64,000 nucleotides of DNA. Source: Candidatus Pacearchaeota archaeon (GTDB taxonomy: Archaea > Nanobdellota > Nanobdellia > Pacearchaeales > GW2011-AR1). The notes below the pieces were generated by a model. It saw nothing but the letters and a program-made list of their open reading frames with translations, had not been told where the DNA came from and searched no databases. Below, in pieces: positions 18,802 through 27,311 of the stretch (positions are counted from its first letter, which is position 1; each line of letters starts with the position of its first letter). The DNA lies in contig SICV01000001.1 in assembly GCA_009694725.1 (NCBI GenBank), positions 65,219 to 129,218 on the forward strand, written 5' to 3'. A program made the translations under genes and the position numbers.

Positions 18802-19271
18802 AAGGACAATTAGAACTGTCATTTGGCATGATTTTTTCATTACTGATTATTATTGCGACTGTCGGTACTGCCGGATACTTTATTACGAAATTTGTAGAAA
18901 CGGGAAAATGTACCACGTTACAATTGGCGTATGCGGAGTTACAAGAAGGAGTAGATTCTGTCTGGGGCGCTGCTGTTGGAAATAAAGAAATCTCATTGCA
19001 GGTGCCTTCAGGGATTACGTCTCTTTGTATTGGTGATATGAGTTCAGGCACGAATGCGACCTTGCGCGAGTTAATTGATGTGTATATCGTCGAAGGTATC
19101 GGCGTGTATGCGTTACCCCCTACAAACGCGTGCGATGGTGAACTTGCTGCGCGCAAATTAACCCATCTTGCTTCTACTCCGCTCTTATGTAAGCCCGTTG
19201 TGCGAGGAAAAGTAACGTTCCGGGTTAGTAAAGAAAGTGTCAGTGAACGGATGGTTCGTATCGATGCGTAG
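18798..19271 (+). CDS. class III (prepilin-like) signal peptide protein 1
   Basis: N-terminus MKGQLELSFGMIFSLLIIIATVGTAGYF is a short basic leader, G|Q, then a hydrophobic helix. The ORF-track start at 18735 was trimmed to the coupled ATG. Confidence 0.55.
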   Translation: MKGQLELSFGMIFSLLIIIATVGTAGYFITKFVETGKCTTLQLAYAELQEGVDSVWGAAVGNKEISLQVPSGITSLCIGDMSSGTNATLRELIDVYIVEGIGVYALPPTNACDGELAARKLTHLASTPLLCKPVVRGKVTFRVSKESVSERMVRIDA

Positions 19272-20190
19272 AGGATTTGAATTTAGTTTTTCCTGGTTGT
19301 TTTCTTTGATTGTGGGGGCGCTTATTTTGATTCTTGCGATTTATGGGGTGAGCACGTTTGTGGGACAAGAACGTACCATCAGCGATAGTGAGACGGCGCA
19401 AGCATTGTCTGGATTGTTGAGTCCATTACAAACAAGTGTTGAAACATCCTTCCGCCCAAATCCGATTATATTTCCCCAGGCAACTGAAATTACCTTAGGA
19501 TGTACGCGTGATGCAAGTAGTGTGCAAACGCGGGCGTTGTCGAGTATCGGACGAAACAGTGTGCCTGGATACGCCCAAGAAACTGCTGGCGTTGCAGTAT
19601 TTGGCAATACGACGCTGACCGGGACAACCGTGCATAGTTTAGTGGTCCCCTTTCTCTTTCCCTATAAAATAAGTGACCTCGTCATTGTCTGGACGCAACC
19701 TCTCTGCTTGGTTAGTGCGCCTGAAGCTGTTCTTGACACCTTTGGTTCTGATAATCATAGTGTGCAGGCAGTACAACAGGTACGTGGATGTCGTAAAGGG
19801 ACGCGCATTATTTGTTTTGATCAAACACAGGGATGTGATGTTGCAGTTGATTCGTATCTCCGACGAGTAACCACAGGGGGAAAATCATTGTATTATGAAG
19901 GTGCTTTGTTGTATGGTGCGTTGGTTGCCTCCCCGCAGGTCTATGAATGTCAGATTGGTGTACTCATGCACCGCGGGGCTGCTTTGGCAGACCTGTATGC
20001 GGGGGCAAGTGCACTTATTGGGGCGCATGGAGAAGGATGTAGCACGGCCGTTGGTACTTCAGTAGTTCAGTATGGGCGTTCACTTCGCTCGACTAATAGT
20101 TCAAAACAATTGGCAGGTCTTGCTGAACAAGCAGAAATACTTGGAACAGACGAACGATCGAGTATCTGTTCACTCTGGAGAAATGCATGA
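19264..20190 (+). CDS. class III signal peptide-like protein 2
   Basis: N-terminus MRRGFEFSFSWLFSLIVGALILILAIYG. 8-nt overlap with the upstream gene. Cys-containing ectodomain. Confidence 0.5.
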   Translation: MRRGFEFSFSWLFSLIVGALILILAIYGVSTFVGQERTISDSETAQALSGLLSPLQTSVETSFRPNPIIFPQATEITLGCTRDASSVQTRALSSIGRNSVPGYAQETAGVAVFGNTTLTGTTVHSLVVPFLFPYKISDLVIVWTQPLCLVSAPEAVLDTFGSDNHSVQAVQQVRGCRKGTRIICFDQTQGCDVAVDSYLRRVTTGGKSLYYEGALLYGALVASPQVYECQIGVLMHRGAALADLYAGASALIGAHGEGCSTAVGTSVVQYGRSLRSTNSSKQLAGLAEQAEILGTDERSSICSLWRNA

Positions 20191-20660
20191 AGGGACAACT
20201 TAAAATTCAAGAAATGGCGTTCGTGATTGTAGCGCTTGTCTTACTTTTTGCTCTTATCGCCGTTTTCTTTACTTCCTGGCGTTTGCATTCGGTCAAAGGA
20301 GAGGTGGAAGCACTACAGGAATATGCGGGAGGGAAACTGGTGAGTCAACTCGTCAACACTCCTGAACTCCAAGGATCTTGCCAAGGATGTGTTTCCTGGG
20401 ATCATGCCTGGGTACTTGCAGAGGGAAATTATTCACTCGCTGATCGATGGAACCTCGATTATTTAGAAGTGCAGATTCTCGGGGTCAATCGTACCTGCAC
20501 TGCACAACAGTACCCTGAGTGCGGGAGCATTACGCTTATTCGAGGTGACGCCTATGGCACAGCACAGCGGGCATTCAGTGCTATGTGTTATTGGGATCCT
20601 TCGATCAATCAGGAACGATGCCAGTTGGGTATGGTATTGGCATCAGGAGGGAAAGCATGA
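20187..20660 (+). CDS. class III (prepilin-like) signal peptide protein 3
   Basis: N-terminus MKGQLKIQEMAFVIVALVLLFALIAVFF. ATGA overlap upstream. Confidence 0.55.
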   Translation: MKGQLKIQEMAFVIVALVLLFALIAVFFTSWRLHSVKGEVEALQEYAGGKLVSQLVNTPELQGSCQGCVSWDHAWVLAEGNYSLADRWNLDYLEVQILGVNRTCTAQQYPECGSITLIRGDAYGTAQRAFSAMCYWDPSINQERCQLGMVLASGGKA

Positions 20661-21127
20661 AACGAGGGCAAGAAGAGATTGTTGGATTCGCTGTACTCTT
20701 GGTGGTATTAGCTATCGTGGGCGTTATCTTATTGGGCATGTATCTTCGATCTCCTGTTCCTGAATCAAGTACCTTTCCTGAAGGGGGAAGTTTCTTGGAT
20801 GCGTTGCCCCAGGTGACGAGTTCCTGTGCGCTTACTGGAGATCGATTGATTTCAGTGCATGAATTACTGGTACAGTGCATTATGCAACCAGGAAAACAAT
20901 GTGCGTCTGAAGAATTAATATGTACGGTAATGAATAACACACTCCATTCATTAGTTACCCAGGCGTTTCCGATCGGAAGCAGGATTGAGGGCTATCGTTT
21001 CACGGTGAGTGAACCTGATACTCCTCCGGTCGTTACACTTTCTGCAGGAAATTGTACGTCCTATCAGGGAGATCAACGCTTTTTGCCCGGTACTGGTTAT
21101 TCATTGGCACTTTTTGTGTGTACTTAA
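20657..21127 (+). CDS. class III (prepilin-like) signal peptide protein 4
   Basis: N-terminus MKRGQEEIVGFAVLLVVLAIVGVILLG. ATGA overlap upstream. The ORF-track start at 20585 was trimmed. Confidence 0.55.
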   Translation: MKRGQEEIVGFAVLLVVLAIVGVILLGMYLRSPVPESSTFPEGGSFLDALPQVTSSCALTGDRLISVHELLVQCIMQPGKQCASEELICTVMNNTLHSLVTQAFPIGSRIEGYRFTVSEPDTPPVVTLSAGNCTSYQGDQRFLPGTGYSLALFVCT

Positions 21128-21483
21128 AAATGTAGGGTGAGATGTAATGCGTCGAGAATGAGCAGAGGTTTTGCACAAATACGTTTTCCTCTTTTTTCAG
21201 GCACGAGGGTAATAATTCCAAATTTAACGAGTAGTTTACAATCGGTGAGCACCGCTTTATAGGGGCGATTTGCTCGGTGTGCGAGATCATAGATGGAATG
21301 AGGGCTGTTAATTTTAATGAGATGAATGAGGCGTGCACGTTCTGAACTTAATACTGCACGAATATCTGCAAGTTGTGCAAGATCTACTTCTTTATGTTCT
21401 CCTGCAAGACGTTTAAAGAAGGTATTGAATGCACCACTTCGTTCTGCAAGATGAATTACTTTTGTTTTTTCTCTCTTCCCCAT
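21124..21483 (-). CDS. winged-helix DNA-binding protein (ArsR/MarR-like, putative regulator)
   Basis: 119 aa. ...RARLIHLIKINSPHSIYDLAHRANRPYKAVLTDCKLLVKFGII resembles an HTH plus wing. Convergent with the pilin-like operon, with a 4-nt overlap. Confidence 0.5.
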   Translation of the reverse strand: MGKREKTKVIHLAERSGAFNTFFKRLAGEHKEVDLAQLADIRAVLSSERARLIHLIKINSPHSIYDLAHRANRPYKAVLTDCKLLVKFGIITLVPEKRGKRICAKPLLILDALHLTLHF

Positions 21484-21621
21484 GCTTTCTCCGAGGAAAC
21501 CCCGGTATATAAGTCTTTTTACACTATATATGTCTTTAAATATACCTTATTGTCTCTTTCCTCAGACTTATGAGGGACAGTGACGAAGAGAGCTTGTTGT
21601 CACTTCTTTACTCAACATAAG

Positions 21622-21844
21622 CTTTATATACCCTTAAATGGGTAGGGTATTCACTACTTCGCACTAGATTCACTTGCGGGCAAAGCTTTTTAAAGGATTT
21701 TGGATTCAACACTTTACTCTACTCATGCTGAGTAGTGGAGGTATGTTCCCTACGCATATCTCACGGTGGGCTCTTGAAGCCTTCTCGTTTGGGAGATCCT
21801 TCGGGATTACCACACTAAACAGTTGAAAGGGGGATTATATAAAT
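21622..21844 (+). promoter_or_regulatory. S-layer gene upstream region: TATA-like boxes, structured leader, Shine-Dalgarno
   Basis: CTTTATATACC at 21622-21632 and GCTTTTTAAAGG at 21685-21696. Hairpins at 21719-21735 (7-bp stem) and 21795-21808 (UUCG loop). AGGGGGA at 21828-21834, about 10 nt before ATG 21845. Confidence 0.4.
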
Positions 21845-24481
21845 ATGAAAATAAATTTTAGAAAAATTGCATCTGTTCTCGCAAGTACTGCGATGTTAAG
21901 CTCAACGCTTGCACTCGCAGCTGCTGCAAACTACCCAGCTCCTTTCGTTCAAAACGGAAATGCTGGTGTAGCGGTTGTATACGGTAGCCTTCCTGGCGCT
22001 GAATTCGACCTTGCTTCGGTTACTACAATTACCGGCAATTTGCAAGCTAAACTAAGCGCACAGAGCAGTTCTTCTGGAAGTTCTACAACTACTTCAACAA
22101 GTGGTGAAACATTCCCATTATTCACAAGTTCTACGAAAATCTATCTAAACAATAGCGCTAACGTAGTGCGATCAACGCTTACTGAATCTGAACTAGCTAC
22201 TATCTTAGAAGATGGTTCATTCTCCGGTAATGTTGATGCTGATTTTATCCAAACAATTACTATGGGTGCAAACCCTCGTGTTGTGTACGATAAATTACCA
22301 ACAAGTGATGACGATCCAAGTTTCGGTATCCAATTAGGTACGAATGCTAATACGCAACCTATCTATAACGCTACTGTTACCTTTGATCGTGCAGTGAACT
22401 TTACTAATAGTGATTCTGAAGGAGAAGAGCTTACTCTTTTCGGTCAGAAATTTACTGTTGGTTCTGCAACTGATGATGACGAATTAGTGTTGTACAAGTC
22501 CTCTGAAACAGCTACTTTAACTTTAGGTGGGTCTGCTCCTTCTCCGTCTACTTCGGTAACGGTTGATGGCGCAACATACACTATTGATCTCATATCCGCT
22601 TCGGATACAGATGCAACGGTTAAAGTAACGAATGCAGCAGGCGTTTCTGATACTAAGAAAATTAATGAAGCTTCTTCTAAGACCGTCAATGGTTTGGAAG
22701 TTGCTATTAATATTGCAGATGAATCTGATGCTACGAATACTGCTTTTGCAGAAATTACTGTTGGCGCAGAAAAAATCATTTTGCAAAGTGGATCAGAAGT
22801 AAAAATTGGCTCTGATGAAGATGCTGTCGAAGGCACCTCTGTAACATTTACAGGTAGTGTTGACGATATCACCAAAATCACCTTAGCTGTCGCTGCAAGC
22901 GACTCTGATGAAGATGCTATTGTTGCCGGCGGTTCATTCGTGGACCCTGTCTTCGGTACATTTAAAGTCAATTTTGCAGGAATGACTATTCTTGCCAACT
23001 CAAGTGATCGAGAAAAGATTCTTATCAAAGCCTCAGGCAATGATAAGATGACTGTTAATCTTGCTACCCATAAAGATGATGCTGCAAAGACTATTACGTT
23101 CATTAACAACGAGACCGCTATGGTTCTTGGTGATAGTGATCGTGATATTTTCGTACTCCCTGAAATGGCGCCAGTTAACAAATCTCAATACACTCTCCTT
23201 GGAAACGAGGATGATGGCTACTTAGTTGAAGTTACTGCGGTCACAAACGCTACAAGCGGTTATGATAACGATAAAGTTGAAGTTAGAGATGTCTTTACAG
23301 GAGATACATACGAAGCTACATTAACAGCTGAAGGTTCTGGTACTATTACTGTCGGTGGCCGTTCTTATTCGGTTACCTACACTGGTGCGAGCGACCTCAC
23401 TGAACGTGCTCGTTTTGTTCAATTTAATGACCCTGACACCTCCTCTGGAGTTGTTAATGTCTTAAATACCCTTGAAACATCTAAAGGTGCTAAAGTTGGA
23501 TTCTACACTCCGATTACCCTTAACTTGTCGAATGTGAATAACGTTCTTCAAGATAATGGGGCTTCTGCCTCTACTCTTAAGTTCCCGAATGGTGATGGAT
23601 ATACATCGATTACTGTTTCGAAGAACTCTACGGATGGAGCAGGATGGATTGTTAACTCTGCTTTGTTAAATACCTCTTCTAACGCAACATCTGTTGTTAT
23701 ATCTGCTGGAGCATTAGCTTGGAATATCTCTACCACTTCGGTTCAGAATCAGACATCTGTGAAATTAAACACTCCAGATTCTAATACAGCTATTAGTCTT
23801 CCGGCGTTATTCCTCTTTGAGGAAGAAGATGACCTCAACAATGAAGAATCAATTGTTGTTCGATTTAGTGGTTATGTCTCCAGTTCTACCCCAATTCAAA
23901 TTGCGGGTGTTGATCTTGGATGGCAAGAACTCTTTGTCGATAGACAATCTGAATCTAATGATGATATCTATACAAGTATGGACTTTTTCGGTTCTCTTGT
24001 TACTGAAGACCGTGCTGATTCCGATCAGTACGTTGTCACTATCAGTTACCCTGATGAACAAGTAAATGCTCTCTTGTATGCAGGTGAACTTAGTTCTTCT
24101 GTTGCATCCACGGGCTCCGGCTCTGGTCTCAAAGAATTAGGATCGGTTCATGTAAAGGACACTGAAGTTGCTTCAGTATCTTCGAAGAACCTCATCGTTG
24201 TTGGTGGTAGCTGTGTCAATACACTTGCCAAAGAACTTCTTGGAGGAGCTGCTTGCGGTTCCGACTTCGAACAGAAGACGGGCGTTGGCGCTGGATCATT
24301 CTTGATCCAAAGCTTTTCGAGAACTGGTGGTAAAGTTGCTACATTAGTTGCGGGTTATTCTGCAGCTGATACTGAAGCTGGAGCTAAAGTGTTGACTACT
24401 CAAACTGTTGATACAACAGTCGGTAAGAAATACAAAGGCACTGGTAACACAGTAGCAATGGTTGATACAACCTCTGCTTAA
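21845..24481 (+). CDS. S-layer (major surface glyco)protein candidate
   Basis: Sec signal peptide (...TLALAAAANYPAPFV). 878 aa, rich in Thr/Ser/Asp/Asn with many N-x-S/T sequons. Only two Cys, near the C-terminus (VVGGSCVNTLAKELLGGAACG). Strong SD and terminator. Confidence 0.6.
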   Translation: MKINFRKIASVLASTAMLSSTLALAAAANYPAPFVQNGNAGVAVVYGSLPGAEFDLASVTTITGNLQAKLSAQSSSSGSSTTTSTSGETFPLFTSSTKIYLNNSANVVRSTLTESELATILEDGSFSGNVDADFIQTITMGANPRVVYDKLPTSDDDPSFGIQLGTNANTQPIYNATVTFDRAVNFTNSDSEGEELTLFGQKFTVGSATDDDELVLYKSSETATLTLGGSAPSPSTSVTVDGATYTIDLISASDTDATVKVTNAAGVSDTKKINEASSKTVNGLEVAINIADESDATNTAFAEITVGAEKIILQSGSEVKIGSDEDAVEGTSVTFTGSVDDITKITLAVAASDSDEDAIVAGGSFVDPVFGTFKVNFAGMTILANSSDREKILIKASGNDKMTVNLATHKDDAAKTITFINNETAMVLGDSDRDIFVLPEMAPVNKSQYTLLGNEDDGYLVEVTAVTNATSGYDNDKVEVRDVFTGDTYEATLTAEGSGTITVGGRSYSVTYTGASDLTERARFVQFNDPDTSSGVVNVLNTLETSKGAKVGFYTPITLNLSNVNNVLQDNGASASTLKFPNGDGYTSITVSKNSTDGAGWIVNSALLNTSSNATSVVISAGALAWNISTTSVQNQTSVKLNTPDSNTAISLPALFLFEEEDDLNNEESIVVRFSGYVSSSTPIQIAGVDLGWQELFVDRQSESNDDIYTSMDFFGSLVTEDRADSDQYVVTISYPDEQVNALLYAGELSSSVASTGSGSGLKELGSVHVKDTEVASVSSKNLIVVGGSCVNTLAKELLGGAACGSDFEQKTGVGAGSFLIQSFSRTGGKVATLVAGYSAADTEAGAKVLTTQTVDTTVGKKYKGTGNTVAMVDTTSA

Positions 24482-24486
24482 GTTTT

Positions 24487-24536
24487 GAACTGATTTTTTC
24501 AGTTCGTTTTTTTTTCTTTTTTTCTTTTTTTTTCTT
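24487..24536 (+). terminator. hairpin plus long oligo-T terminator after the S-layer gene
   Basis: GAACTG (24487-24492) pairs with CAGTTC (24500-24505), followed by about 30 nt that are almost all T. Confidence 0.6.
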
Positions 24537-24743
24537 CTCCTTCGGGGACACGTGTGCGATTTTTGAGCTTTGTATACCTGAATGACGGAAGTATCAAATG
24601 TACTTTTTGAATAGTGGGGGATGAACTCTCGTGGATATGTATTGATAGACAATAAGAGGGTGCCCACTATCTGAGGGATAGAGACGATGAGAAGTCTACC
24701 TGTATGAAAGGAGCATCTCTTATGCTACCGATCTACTGCAAGC

Positions 24744-24757
24744 GTAATCCTTAAAAG
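24744..24757 (+). promoter_or_regulatory. BRE/TATA element GTAATCCTTAAAAG
   Basis: Ends 22 nt before ATG 24779 and is followed by TTACGCTTG. Confidence 0.5.
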
Positions 24758-24778
24758 TGATGGTTACGCTTGGAAGAG

Positions 24779-25333
24779 ATGCGTTCATTAACTTCTGCTT
24801 CTGATACAACCTCGAAGCGTTCATCTCAGCTTTTCTTATATTTTGCCGTGGGAATTATGATTGTAAGTAGCGTGGGATATGCCTTCTTATCAAGCCCGAG
24901 TAGCGATACGCTTCCTCCCGATACTTCTAATGCCCCTACGGGCATCCAAGACCTCGGAAATGGTGTCTGGTCTGCGAATGTCTATGGTGCTTCGTTTCAG
25001 TTTTTGACGAGTCCTGATGATGTGGGAAATGTTACGTTGATGACTAACATTACTCTTGCAGAATTAGTTGCTCTTCCGATCGAATATAATATTGCAAGTC
25101 CCAGCTTAGGAGAGGCAGTAGGGATGACCGTGGGACAATTAGTTGCTTCTCAGCCTGTATGCATTGGCAACTGTGTGGAAGATGTGCCTGAGCGTGATTG
25201 TACAACGCCAGTTATTTCTTGGAATCAAACTGCTCTGGTGGAGAGAGTCTACCAGCAGAAACAATGCATTATAATTGAAGGAAGTCGCACTGCTTTTGAT
25301 GCCTGGGTTTATCGTTTAACGAGTCTAGCATAA
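24779..25333 (+). CDS. signal-anchored hypothetical envelope protein
   Basis: N-terminal TM (LFLYFAVGIMIVSSVGYAFL). The ORF track starts at TTG 24770, but the ATG is favoured by promoter spacing. Confidence 0.4.
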   Translation: MRSLTSASDTTSKRSSQLFLYFAVGIMIVSSVGYAFLSSPSSDTLPPDTSNAPTGIQDLGNGVWSANVYGASFQFLTSPDDVGNVTLMTNITLAELVALPIEYNIASPSLGEAVGMTVGQLVASQPVCIGNCVEDVPERDCTTPVISWNQTALVERVYQQKQCIIIEGSRTAFDAWVYRLTSLA

Positions 25334-25343
25334 TCCTTAAAAG
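25330..25343 (+). promoter_or_regulatory. BRE/TATA element ATAATCCTTAAAAG
   Basis: Near-identical copy of the 24744 element. Ends 22 nt before ATG 25365 and is followed by TTACGCTTG. Confidence 0.5.
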
Positions 25344-25364
25344 GCACTTTACGCTTGTGTGAAA

Positions 25365-26057
25365 ATGGTTCGGAAGCAGAAAAACACGTCTGATGATCTC
25401 CAACGATTAAGACAAGAAGTCACACAATTTGCAGGAAAGATCCCCCTTTGGGTCTGGTGGTTGTTAGTTCTCGTGTTTGGAGCCTTTGTCTTTCAATACA
25501 CGCTTGTTGCGATGACGACCTACACGTATAAGGGATTAACGTTTACGATTGAACAAGAGGGCGATTTACGCCTTCACCATCATGCGTATTTTATTGATCC
25601 CACTACGCGTTATAATTTATATTTACGTGAAGATCCTCGTGAGAATGAAGTACCAGTTACCGGACGCATCATCTATGACTCTCGCCGGGTCTATTTGAGT
25701 GTCAATACGAGTGAATTGAATACGTGTTCAGATAGTGCCGTTGGGGTGGGGACCCTGACCTCATTCCTTGGATTAAATGGGTTGAAAGTGAAATCTGCTT
25801 CTCCTGATCCTCTGAAGGCTGCCGAATTTAATGTGACCCATGCAGACTGTACCACGAATCAGGAAGAAGAAGTTACTCTTTTACAAGCCATGGTTATTAT
25901 TCTCCAAGCTGGAGAAGAATCATCAGTGGAAAGGATACAAGACCGGTGTTTTGTGCTGACTGTCCAGAACTGTAGTGTTATCCCGGTTATTGAGAAGTTC
26001 ATGGTTGAATCTGTTGCACAACGACGTGCATTGGGTGCAACTTCACTCAGACCATAA
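25365..26057 (+). CDS. signal-anchored hypothetical envelope protein
   Basis: N-terminal TM (IPLWVWWLLVLVFGAFVFQY). The ORF track starts at GTG 25359. Confidence 0.4.
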   Translation: MVRKQKNTSDDLQRLRQEVTQFAGKIPLWVWWLLVLVFGAFVFQYTLVAMTTYTYKGLTFTIEQEGDLRLHHHAYFIDPTTRYNLYLREDPRENEVPVTGRIIYDSRRVYLSVNTSELNTCSDSAVGVGTLTSFLGLNGLKVKSASPDPLKAAEFNVTHADCTTNQEEEVTLLQAMVIILQAGEESSVERIQDRCFVLTVQNCSVIPVIEKFMVESVAQRRALGATSLRP

Positions 26058-26132
26058 AAGTATTTTGAATTAGTTAATAAGTATTTACGTTAAAGGTATC
26101 GAATGTCTGTGTTGTGTTACTCATACTGTCGA

Positions 26133-26744
26133 TTATCGTTTATGTTTGTAATAGTAGCAGAGCCCCACAATAAGGCAGATTCCGACAACTCCGAGAGTAA
26201 TTTGATTCAAATACTGATGCAAAAGAGTATAGTTTTCTCCGACAATAATCCCCAGGGTGATGAGAATGAATGACCAGACTCCTGCCCCGAATGCTGTCCA
26301 GAGTGTGAAGAGTATAAGGGGCATCTTGCCAAACCCTGCCGGAAGGGAAATGAGTTGCCGAATGACGGGGATAAGGCGTCCAATAAATGTGGTGATGGTG
26401 CCGTGTTGTGCAAAATACCTTTCTGCTTTTATAATTGAACTCTTCGAGAGAAGGAAAAATGAACCATATTTTGCTACTAATGTATTCACTGTTTTTCTCC
26501 CCAATGTAAGCGCAATATAATAATTCACATATGCCCCTATGAGGCTTCCGAAGGTACTTGCAAGGAGTACGAGCCAAAATGAAAGTTCTCCCCGTTGAAT
26601 AAGGATGCCTGCGGGAATAAGGATTACCTCACTCGGAAAGGGGATGAATGAGCTTTCTACTGCCATTAGTACCGTTATCCCCGTATAACCAGAGGTACCA
26701 ATTGTTTGGACGAGCCAATCGGCGAATGTCTGAAGTACGCTCAT
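26133..26744 (-). CDS. DedA family (VTT domain) membrane protein
   Basis: SSFIPFPSEVILIPAG and FIGRLIPVIRQLISLPAG motifs typical of DedA. Confidence 0.8.
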   Translation of the reverse strand: MSVLQTFADWLVQTIGTSGYTGITVLMAVESSFIPFPSEVILIPAGILIQRGELSFWLVLLASTFGSLIGAYVNYYIALTLGRKTVNTLVAKYGSFFLLSKSSIIKAERYFAQHGTITTFIGRLIPVIRQLISLPAGFGKMPLILFTLWTAFGAGVWSFILITLGIIVGENYTLLHQYLNQITLGVVGICLIVGLCYYYKHKR

Positions 26745-27277
26745 TGCTTACTCTGCATTGCTTTGATAAGGTTTTGTATATCCGTGAGAATGGGAATTTC
26801 TTTTATATCATAATAGGTTGCAGTCCCGAACCAACAGGCAATGACAATTAATGTGCTTCCGGCATACCAAAAGAGGGCATGTGTTGCATCAAATAATGAT
26901 TGATTACTTGTCGCGAGATAGGTTGCGAGAAGAATGCGAAGGAGATTGACGAGAAAGAAGATGCCGAAACTTGTTGCAATCAGTTTTCCTCGTTCTTTCC
27001 AGGAAATAGGAATGGTGCAGGCACAGATAAGGAGAAGATAATATGCTGCTCCTGCGATACAGGCAGGGACGAGCGCGATATATTCTCCTTTAAACACCAA
27101 GCTTGTTTCTGCAAGAAGCGTTGTGTGACTGACGAGCGATAAGGCAAGGTATGTACCGAACACGGTGAGGGGGGTCAGAAACCAATAGAGGGGGGCAAGG
27201 GCGTAGATACCGATTACCAAGATAAGCCCGTATCGTAGGAGATAGTCGTATTCTTCGCGCATACGTATCTTACTCAA
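26741..27277 (-). CDS. small exosortase/archaeosortase-family transpeptidase
   Basis: 178 aa, polytopic. Candidate Cys-Arg-His signature residues in the expected order: LVPACIAGAAY, LVNLLRILL, DATHALFWYAGS. ATGA overlap with dedA. Confidence 0.6.
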   Translation of the reverse strand: MSKIRMREEYDYLLRYGLILVIGIYALAPLYWFLTPLTVFGTYLALSLVSHTTLLAETSLVFKGEYIALVPACIAGAAYYLLLICACTIPISWKERGKLIATSFGIFFLVNLLRILLATYLATSNQSLFDATHALFWYAGSTLIVIACWFGTATYYDIKEIPILTDIQNLIKAMQSKQ

Positions 27278-27311
27278 ATGAGATTTAAGAATGTAGCGTT
27301 AGAGGGATTAC

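Noticed and set aside
22444-23181. Long ORFs antisense to, or out of frame with, confidently called genes. Examples: 22444-23181 inside the S-layer gene, 38426-38962 and 39035-39520 inside ftsZ, 184-549, 12088-12576, 48925-49449, 51178-51639.
   Set aside because: They overlap genes with clear family signatures, have low-complexity or odd composition, and have no promoter or coupling context. They are typical shadow ORFs.
24344-24667. 107-aa minus-strand ORF with a poly-Lys/Arg stretch.
   Set aside because: It is an artefact of translating the oligo-T terminator tract of the S-layer gene on the opposite strand.
24537-24743. Possible small RNA (C/D-box-like GAUGA...CUGA spacing) in the 200-nt gap after the S-layer terminator.
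   Set aside because: The box sequences deviate from RUGAUGA/CUGA. There is no terminal stem and no clear C'/D' pair, so it cannot be supported by eye.
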